A DNA stretch of 27,076 bases from a virus: positions 1-27,076 of IMG/VR virus record IMGVR_UViG_3300045988_185299; one strand, written 5' to 3'. Within the stretch, counting starts at the first letter, position 1. Each line of letters starts with the position of its first letter. Positions 1-6,077 of this stretch are shown here, one piece after another. The position numbers were made by a program, and so were the translations under genes. The notes under the pieces were generated by a model. That model was not told the DNA's origin. It did not search any database and saw only the letters and a program-made list of their open reading frames with translations.

Positions 1-152
1 TTAAACATCTCTGAGGGGAAGGAGAAGTGTGCGTACCATCAAACCCGGTATATCCTTGGCGATGTGGACCACAGTAACGCCGCGTGAGCGGTAAGTGCTG
101 ATTTACCAAATCTTTGGTTTTCTCAAGTAGGGGAATTCTCGTCTTTTTAATC
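1..152 (+). ncRNA. Partial second copy of the IscB-associated structured RNA/leader (3' part; upstream part lies outside the window)
   Basis: Gapless alignment at a constant offset of 1362 nt to 1363-1514, about 90% identical; shared CCGC-GTGA-GCGG hairpin and ACCA(A/G)A..T(T/C)TGGT hairpin. Confidence 0.7.
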
Positions 153-235
153 GTTGATGTGCCACAGCAAATGACAGGGAGTATCATCTGGCCCGCAGGA
201 TTGACGTCCCCCACCAAATGACAGGAATCGGTAAA
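153..235 (+). CRISPR. Degenerate mini-array: two diverged 36-nt repeats (153-188, 200-235) flanking an 11-nt spacer remnant (tggcccgcagg, 189-199)
   Basis: GTTGATGTGCCACAGCAAATGACAGGGAGTATCATC and ATTGACGTCCCCCACCAAATGACAGGAATCGGTAAA match the main array repeat consensus. Confidence 0.7.
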
Positions 236-255
236 TTTTTCAGGAGGAATGAACA

Positions 256-858
256 ATGACTTTTGTTAGTTTTGCTCTGGAATTAGGGCGGCTCATGATG
301 CCGCAGCTTGCGGTACTCATTGTGCTATGGGTGTTGTGCGATTTCGCCGTGGGCAAGCTCAATGCGCCGAGACCGCTGGTGCTTGCGGTTCTGTGGCTAT
401 TCCTACTCATTGAAACACTGAACGTCGGCAGCCGCGTGACGCTGTTCTTCCAGAGCCGGGAGTTCCAGATTCCCAAAGTCTCTCTTGGTATCCAGCTTGT
501 GCTGCTGGCAGTCCTGGTGGGCTTGCCGGCTGCGAAGTATTTCGTGGAGAAGAAGTTCGCCAACTGCGGTGCTGTGAGTAAGGCGCTCGCTTTATTCTTC
601 CATACCGTTCTTTCCCTCACAGCGGCGATTGTACTGCTGGCAAGCCTGTATTCTGTAGTTATGGCACGGGCGGATTTCCCTGCGGGTACTGCTGATGCCG
701 TCTGCTTTGTTGTGGCGGTATTGGCGCTGTATCAGCCATTACTTGTGTACTTTGGCGGAAACAGGCTGGACGACATCCTGTCGTTCATTCGGCAGGCCAA
801 TCACAATGCGGTGTCTGTCCATCAGAATGATACGAACCATGTCAGCGCAGGTAAGTAA
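256..858 (+). CDS. Hypothetical multi-pass membrane protein
   Basis: 200-aa ORF with several long hydrophobic segments (e.g. LAVLIVLWVLCDF, LVLAVLWLFLLIE, LVLLAVLVGLPA); upstream AGGAGG. Confidence 0.7.
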   Translation: MTFVSFALELGRLMMPQLAVLIVLWVLCDFAVGKLNAPRPLVLAVLWLFLLIETLNVGSRVTLFFQSREFQIPKVSLGIQLVLLAVLVGLPAAKYFVEKKFANCGAVSKALALFFHTVLSLTAAIVLLASLYSVVMARADFPAGTADAVCFVVAVLALYQPLLVYFGGNRLDDILSFIRQANHNAVSVHQNDTNHVSAGK

Positions 859-1177
859 ACACGCGAGGAAGCGTACAAAACAGCGTGCTGGCCTCGGCAA
901 AAGAGCAGCCGTGCGCAATGCACAGAAAGCCTTTGACCTTGGCGTGAAGCACTCGGAGACCAATGGACGCTTAAACAAGTATCTCACCGCCATCTACTTC
1001 ACTAACAAAACCATCAACAACCTGCGCATCTATCACCGGCACGTCTACCTGTTTGCCGGAGATGTCCTTGTCACCGTGCTCAACCTGCCGAACAATTTGT
1101 GGCCGCAGGCTGATGCCTGCGAGAAGCGCAAGCGGGCAAGTTTGGAACGCCCTGTCTGTCAGGATAGTATTTCTTAG
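839..1177 (+). CDS. Small basic hypothetical protein between the membrane protein and the ncRNA
   Basis: Internal ATG at 839 of ORF 695..1177; product MSAQVSKHARKRTKQRAGLGKRAAVRNAQKAF..., strongly basic N-terminus; overlaps the end of the previous ORF. Confidence 0.6.
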   Translation: MSAQVSKHARKRTKQRAGLGKRAAVRNAQKAFDLGVKHSETNGRLNKYLTAIYFTNKTINNLRIYHRHVYLFAGDVLVTVLNLPNNLWPQADACEKRKRASLERPVCQDSIS

Positions 1178-1182
1178 TTTTT

Positions 1183-1514
1183 CCCGCCGAATGGCGGGTG
1201 GGTGCGCCGGAAGCTCCGGCCCAGCCTCCTGTCATTTGGTGTGGCTTATGACCCGCAAGGGGAGTAAGCCTCGTCAATAAGCCTCAGCCGCAAGGCTACG
1301 ATATGCCGGAATCCATAGGCACCGGTGGATGCTCCACAAGTCCGCTGCTCTGCGGGTGCGTATTAAACATCTCTGAGGGGAAGGAGAAGTGTGCGTACCA
1401 TCAAACCCGGTATATCTTTGGCAATGTGGACCACAGTAACGCCGCGTGAGCGGTAAGTGCTGATTTACCAGATTTCTGGTTTGTCTGAGCAAGGGAATTC
1501 TCGTCTTTTTAATC
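1183..1514 (+). ncRNA. Structured tracrRNA/omega-RNA-like scaffold containing an anti-repeat
   Basis: Anti-repeat CCTGTCATTTGGTGTGG (1228-1244) is the exact reverse complement of CCACACCAAATGACAGG in repeat 2. Hairpins include GCCGGA-AGC-TCCGGC (1206-1220), GGCTTA..CCC-GCAA-GGG..TAAGCC (1243-1270), AGCC-GCAA-GGCT (1286-1297), CCGC..GCGG (1342-1355), CCGC-GTGA-GCGG (1442-1453), ACCAG..CTGGT (1467-1480). T-tract at 1506-1510. Boundaries are inferred. Confidence 0.75.
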
Positions 1515-1550
1515 GTTAATGTGCCACACCAAATGGCAGGTAGCTATACC
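1363..1550 (+). repeat. Long direct repeat of 1-188 (ncRNA tail plus first repeat)
   Basis: Side-by-side comparison with no indels; differences clustered at positions equivalent to 121-130 and within the repeat. Confidence 0.9.
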
Positions 1551-2055
1551 GGTTGAGTTTTCCGACCTTGAAGTGTTCGCGTTGACGTCCCACACCAAAT
1601 GACAGGTAGCTATACCCAGGTGTGGTATCAGATAATACTTTAGCTGGTTGACGTACCCCACCAAATGACAGGGTGCTATAACTTCAGAACAACGAAAGCT
1701 ATGGCGACTACAGTTGACCCCCGCCGAATGACGGGCAGCTATACCCGCGATGGTGGAATTCTTTCGTGCGGCGCAGTTGACGTCCCCCACCAAATGACAG
1801 GCAGCTATACCAGTTGAGCATGGCACTGATGGGGATTTGCGAGTTGATGTCCCTAACCAAATGACAGGTAACTATACCCAAATGGCTTGGTTCTCACAAG
1901 TTCTTGTGGTTGACGTCCCCCGCCAAATGACAGGTAGCTAATCCCGATTTGGAGTTGACGTCCCCCACCAAATGACAGGCAGCTATACCGTCAAGCGCCG
2001 CAAACGCTTCCCCACGGTAGTTGACGTCCCCCGCCAAATGACAGGAAGGCTATCC
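1515..2055 (+). CRISPR. CRISPR-like array, 9 repeats and 8 spacers; consensus GTTGACGTCCCCCACCAAATGACAGGTAGCTATACC (36 nt)
   Basis: Repeats at 1515-1550, 1581-1616, 1647-1682, 1713-1745 (33 nt), 1776-1811, 1843-1878, 1909-1944, 1954-1989, 2020-2055. Spacers of 30, 30, 30, 30, 31, 30, 9 and 30 nt, all distinct. Confidence 0.92.
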
Positions 2056-2077
2056 CTACTGCGAAAGGAAAAATAAG

Positions 2078-3472
2078 ATGCCAGTATGTGTTTTAAGTGC
2101 AAACGGTGAACGGCTGATGCCGACCGAAAATTACGGCAAAGTGCGCCATCTGTTGAAGGATGGCCGCGCTGTGATTGCGAAGCGAAACCCGTTCACCATC
2201 CAGCTGACCTACGAGACCAGTACCTATACCCAGCCCATCGAATTGTGCGTCGGCACCGGATATGAGCATATCGGCGTCAGCATTAAGACAAAGGCAAAAG
2301 AGGTCATATCGCAGCAATATGATTTGCTCACGAATGAGCGCTCCCGCCATGACGACTGCCGAGCGTACCGCCGGACGCGCAGAAACCGCCTGCGGTATCG
2401 GGCTGCACGGTTCAATAACCGTGTATCAGGCAAAAAGCCCGGTTGGATTGCTCCGTCTCTGGACAACAAGGTGGAGCGGCACCTGGATATTATCTCCCGT
2501 TATCTGTCTGTCATGCCTGTCACGGATGTCTTTATCAAGGCCGCGACATACGATACACAGCTCCTTGCGGCGCTGGAGGCAGGGGAACCTGTCCCGCAGG
2601 GCAAGGACTATCAGCATGGACCGCAGTACGGCTACGATACGCTGCGGGAAGCGGTCTTTGAACGGGACCACTATACCTGTGTGTATTGCAAGAGAGGCCT
2701 GAAAGACGGCGCTATCCTTCATGTCCATCACGCCTACTACTGGAAGGGTCTGCATGGGAACAGCATGAGGGAGCTTGCGACCTGCTGCGAGAAGTGCAAC
2801 ACACCTGCCAATCACAAGGAGGGCGGGAAGCTGTGGGGCTTCGATAAGCCTCTGCGGAAATATACCGGCGAAGCGTTTATGAATAGCGTGCGCTGGATTC
2901 TCTATCAGCGTGCGATGGCTCGCTTCCAGGGTGTTGCGGAAGTACACATGACCTATGGCGTCATCTCCAAGCGCGTCCGCACCAACCTCGGCCTCCCGTA
3001 TTCCTGCGCTACGGATGCCTACTGCATGGGCGAGCTGCGTCCGGAAGCCAGATGCGAAACAGAGGTCTTCCAGAAATACAGGCGAAACAACAGAGTCCTA
3101 TCCAAATTCTATGACGCCAAATATTACGACACACGGGAAAAGGGAGTTATCCGTTCTGGCAACGAGCTGTCCTCCGGCAGGACGAACCGCAATCATAACC
3201 TTGACGGCGAAAATCTGCGCCGGTTCCGTGGCTGTAAGAAGTCAAAGGGCCGAACCTCGACCAGAAAGCAGAGATATGCCATGCAGCCGGGAGATATCGT
3301 GGTCTACGGCAATCGCAAATACGTTTCCAAGGGCTGCTCCAGCTATGGCAGGGCATTAAGCCTACTCACGGATGGAAAGCCGCTTATGGTCAGCATGAAG
3401 AAAATCCAGCTTGTTCGTCATAAGGGCGGCTGGGTGCGGCTTCCCCATGCAGCAGCCGAGGCAAAAAAATAA
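2078..3472 (+). CDS. iscB: IscB-family RNA-guided nuclease homologue with substituted RuvC catalytic residues
   Basis: N-terminal PLMP-like MPVCVLSANGERLMPTENYGKVRHLLKDGRAVIAKRNPFTIQL; RuvC-I-like LCVGTGYEHIGVSI; bridge helix RRTRRNRLRYRAARFNNR; RuvC-II-like VFIKAATYDTQLL; HNH/zinc region CVYC...HVHH...CEKC..ANH; RuvC-III-like SCATDAYCMG; C-terminal MQPGDIVVYGNRKYVSKG...VSMKKIQLV. Confidence 0.9.
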   Translation: MPVCVLSANGERLMPTENYGKVRHLLKDGRAVIAKRNPFTIQLTYETSTYTQPIELCVGTGYEHIGVSIKTKAKEVISQQYDLLTNERSRHDDCRAYRRTRRNRLRYRAARFNNRVSGKKPGWIAPSLDNKVERHLDIISRYLSVMPVTDVFIKAATYDTQLLAALEAGEPVPQGKDYQHGPQYGYDTLREAVFERDHYTCVYCKRGLKDGAILHVHHAYYWKGLHGNSMRELATCCEKCNTPANHKEGGKLWGFDKPLRKYTGEAFMNSVRWILYQRAMARFQGVAEVHMTYGVISKRVRTNLGLPYSCATDAYCMGELRPEARCETEVFQKYRRNNRVLSKFYDAKYYDTREKGVIRSGNELSSGRTNRNHNLDGENLRRFRGCKKSKGRTSTRKQRYAMQPGDIVVYGNRKYVSKGCSSYGRALSLLTDGKPLMVSMKKIQLVRHKGGWVRLPHAAAEAKK

Positions 3473-3503
3473 CCACCTGCGGATAAACCGTGGGCGGTGG
3501 AAA

Positions 3504-3532
3504 TTGACAAAGCGGGGCCTTTTTGGTAAGAT
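3504..3532 (+). promoter_or_regulatory. Sigma70-type promoter for the putative toxin (TTGACA-17 bp-TAAGAT)
   Basis: TTGACA at 3504-3509, TAAGAT at 3527-3532. Confidence 0.6.
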
Positions 3533-3608
3533 AACAATGCTCCAAAAGGAGCCAGAAAGGCGTTACCATATACGGTAGGCGGTCGGCACTTCCCTGTGGA
3601 GGGAGGTG

Positions 3609-3701
3609 ATGCCAATGGTTACTTACGAATCGCTTTTTGCGTATTCTCTTGTTATCATCGGCCTTGTGGGTCTGATAGTTCAGATTTGCAAACGAAAATG
3701 A
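3609..3701 (+). CDS. Putative type I toxin, small holin-like hydrophobic peptide (MPMVTYESLFAYSLVIIGLVGLIVQICKRK; start at 3609 or 3615)
   Basis: Upstream GGAGGGAGG; one transmembrane helix followed by CKRK; resembles short Firmicutes holin-like toxin peptides. Absent from the supplied ORF track because of its length. Confidence 0.7.
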   Translation: MPMVTYESLFAYSLVIIGLVGLIVQICKRK

Positions 3702-3781
3702 CCGCCCCTCGCCAAAGGAAGACGGTCATTTCGTTTGACTCTATTCTCTTAGGCTGACCGCTTATCGGTATCGCCTTTCTG
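3695..3781 (-). ncRNA. Putative antisense antitoxin RNA; approximate extent
   Basis: Downstream of the minus-strand promoter; inverted repeat AAATGACCG...CGGTCATTT near the toxin stop codon could act as a shared terminator. End points are inferred. Confidence 0.45.
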
Positions 3782-3787
3782 CTTTTT

Positions 3788-3815
3788 ATTATACACCAGC
3801 AAGCCGCTTTGTCAA
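3788..3815 (-). promoter_or_regulatory. Antisense promoter (TTGACA-16 bp-TATAAT) firing toward the toxin 3' region
   Basis: On the minus strand TTGACA corresponds to 3815-3810 and TATAAT to 3793-3788. Confidence 0.65.
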
Positions 3816-3858
3816 GCAAGACAAGGCGGCTTTTTGCCGCCGGAAAGGAGTTTTTCCC

Positions 3859-4359
3859 ATGAAAAGCATCATGCTCAGCATCCGACCGGAGTGGCTCCAG
3901 AAAATCCTGTCGGGCCAGAAGACCGTGGAGCTGCGCCTGTCCAGGCCGGACCTTACGCCACCCTTCAAGGTATTTCTCTACTGCTCCTGTAAGGGCACAA
4001 AGAACCCCAGTGAAATTCTTGAAATCCACAGCGGCGGCAAAATTTACAAAGCAAACGGTCTTGTGGTAGGGGAGTTTACCTGTACCGAAATTGACCGTGT
4101 GGTGCGTGTCGGATATATGGGCAGCAACGCGCCGCTTCAATACTGTGTCAACACACAGCCTGGAAACTACACCCCAGCGGGGAAACTGTATGAGGACGCC
4201 TGCCTCACCGTGAAGCAAGCAGAGGACTACCTCTGTGGCCGCGTTGGATACGGATGGCGCATCTCTGATGTGCAGGCCTATGACCGGCCAAGAAGCATTG
4301 GGTGCTTCGCACTTGCGAGAGCACCGCAGAGCTGGCAGTACGTCCACGATTTTGTTTGA
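3859..4359 (+). CDS. ASCH-domain-like protein
   Basis: N-terminus MLSIRPEWLQKILSGQKTVELR.. with later VVGEFTC is typical of the ASCH/PUA-like fold. Confidence 0.7.
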   Translation: MKSIMLSIRPEWLQKILSGQKTVELRLSRPDLTPPFKVFLYCSCKGTKNPSEILEIHSGGKIYKANGLVVGEFTCTEIDRVVRVGYMGSNAPLQYCVNTQPGNYTPAGKLYEDACLTVKQAEDYLCGRVGYGWRISDVQAYDRPRSIGCFALARAPQSWQYVHDFV

Positions 4360-4373
4360 GGAGGTCTTGGGAA

Positions 4374-4589
4374 ATGGCAAATTACAGAGTTTGTTTTCGG
4401 CTGCCCACATTTGTAGTACAGCTGAGCTTTGAGGCGGCAGAGAGGGATATCTCGTACGAGGAAATTGCTGCATCCATCAACAAAGAGAAGGTCGCGGAAC
4501 TTCTGTGCCTTGACGCACTGGGCTACGGTGTGGAAGACATGGAAATCATCACCCCGGAAGAGTATGACGAGGAGGTAAGAGAGGAATGA
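4374..4589 (+). CDS. Hypothetical small protein
   Basis: Internal ATG 4374 with upstream GAGGAGG; overlaps the next ORF by 4 nt. Confidence 0.55.
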   Translation: MANYRVCFRLPTFVVQLSFEAAERDISYEEIAASINKEKVAELLCLDALGYGVEDMEIITPEEYDEEVREE

Positions 4590-5710
4590 ACGCCGAAGGC
4601 TTTTATTTGTCTCACCCACAGGAAGAATGGCGAAAAAATTTGATGCAGGATTGCTTGTGTATGCCGTGTGCTGAGTTCTCTGACTCTTTCGACGCAGCTG
4701 TAGACGCTGCCATCGCCACATTCCCTGAGTTGGAGCGGGAAGCTATCTTAAAACGCTACCGCGACGGTCTTACACCAACACAATGCGCAAACGCACTGGA
4801 AATTGACATCGGCAAGTTCTACTCTTGCTTCGACCTCGCCATAAGGAGGCTGCGTCACCCCAAATATGCGGGGGGTATCCTGAAAGAAATGCGCCGGTTT
4901 GCAGGCAGCCCTCTCGCCTCTGCTTTGAAGGAGGCCATTGAGAATGGCAACTGGAAAAAAATCGAGGAGTTGTGCGATTCTGTTCCGTTTCAGTGCCTCA
5001 ATTTCTCGACTCGCACCAAGAACTGCCTTATGTTCAGTGGTGCCCAAAGTATCGGCGATGTTGTTCGACTGATAGAGAGCGGCAAACTGAAGAATCTGCG
5101 CCAATGCGGGCAGGGGACCCTTCAGAATATTATCGACGTACTGGAAAAGGCTCTGCCGTTCCATTTCATCCTTGGAAAGCCAGCTCAATTCTGTCCGGAA
5201 ACGAGTGATGCCTTCACCCGGAAGGAACACACTCGCCAGCTCTCTGCCATGCTGGAGCGATACATCGACCCGCGCAACGACCCACGCATCTACTGGGCGA
5301 GAGAGGTCACATTCGACTACTCTACGAACCACAAAATCCGCGTGGACTATATGCGCTTTCAGCCGCTCAACAATTCGACCTCCGGCATTGAGAAGGGGGA
5401 CTTCTACGCCTACGAGGTCAAGTCCTCTGTGGAGGATTTCAAATCTCCTAACGGGCACAACTTCATCGCGGACTACAACTACTACGTTATGCCCGCAGAC
5501 GTCTTCGAAGCGGTGAAGGATACTGTGCCATACGGCGTCGGTGTGCTTTGCCCGGACGGCGGGCATCTGCGATACATGAGGAAAGCCGTGAGGAAGGACC
5601 GAACCAGACCGGTCAGCGAGATGCTGCTCATGCTGTGGCGCAGCTCACGAAGAGAGATTGTTGGAAGGAGAAACAAAAATGACAAAGAAACAAACGACAG
5701 ACAAGATTAA
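4586..5710 (+). CDS. Multidomain protein: sigma-region-4-like HTH, RNAP alpha-CTD-like helix-hairpin-helix, and C-terminal PD-(D/E)XK-like domain
   Basis: FPELEREAILKRYRDGLTPTQCANALEI; SIGDVVRLIESGKLKNLRQCGQGTLQNIIDVLEKAL; RVDYMRF...DFYAYEVKSSVEDF. Confidence 0.55.
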   Translation: MNAEGFYLSHPQEEWRKNLMQDCLCMPCAEFSDSFDAAVDAAIATFPELEREAILKRYRDGLTPTQCANALEIDIGKFYSCFDLAIRRLRHPKYAGGILKEMRRFAGSPLASALKEAIENGNWKKIEELCDSVPFQCLNFSTRTKNCLMFSGAQSIGDVVRLIESGKLKNLRQCGQGTLQNIIDVLEKALPFHFILGKPAQFCPETSDAFTRKEHTRQLSAMLERYIDPRNDPRIYWAREVTFDYSTNHKIRVDYMRFQPLNNSTSGIEKGDFYAYEVKSSVEDFKSPNGHNFIADYNYYVMPADVFEAVKDTVPYGVGVLCPDGGHLRYMRKAVRKDRTRPVSEMLLMLWRSSRREIVGRRNKNDKETNDRQD

Positions 5711-6077
5711 CAAGCCTGAGTTCGCCCCGGAGGAGTGGCGGAAGGCGGCCATTATGTACGATACATCCTTTGCCTGGTGTAAAAATCAAATTTCAGCCTG
5801 GGGTAAGAATCAAATTTCATTTACACCGGGCTTTAACGAGATGTTCGATGAAGCGCTGGACACACTTCCTGAGCGAAACCGCGATATCGTCCAAAAGTAT
5901 TTTCGTGACAGAATGACGTTTTCGCAAATCGCCGACCTGCACGGCACCAGCAGAAGCATAGTTCGCCATCTGTGTATCTGGACGGTATGGAAGGTCATGA
6001 ATTTGATTCTGCTGCGAGAAGGAAGCAGCCAAAATGCCGCGCCACAAACAGGCGGAGGAACTGAAGGTGGGTATTGA
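5679..6077 (+). CDS. Sigma-region-4-like HTH protein
   Basis: DTLPERNRDIVQKYFRDRMTFSQIADLHGTSRSIVRHL; start at 5679 after GGAAGGAG. Confidence 0.55.
   Translation: MTKKQTTDKINKPEFAPEEWRKAAIMYDTSFAWCKNQISAWGKNQISFTPGFNEMFDEALDTLPERNRDIVQKYFRDRMTFSQIADLHGTSRSIVRHLCIWTVWKVMNLILLREGSSQNAAPQTGGGTEGGY

Noticed and set aside
1274-1492. Minus-strand ORF within the ncRNA region
   Set aside because: Overlaps the structured, duplicated ncRNA; no RBS support.
1509-1826. Minus-strand 105-aa ORF with periodic GIAACHLVGDVN-like peptide
   Set aside because: It is translation of the reverse strand of the repeat array; the periodicity reflects DNA repeats and no gene signals are present.
1551-2019. Possible self-targeting spacers within this window
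   Set aside because: No convincing match to any spacer was seen by eye, but I could not do a systematic search. A BLAST against the full element is needed before concluding.
1515-2055. Array as a simple tandem minisatellite
   Set aside because: Intervening sequences are unique and mostly exactly 30 nt while the repeats are conserved, and a separate anti-repeat exists.
2078-3472. IscB homologue as a decayed pseudogene
   Set aside because: The 464-aa frame is intact with conserved non-catalytic regions throughout. Decay cannot be fully excluded without homologues.
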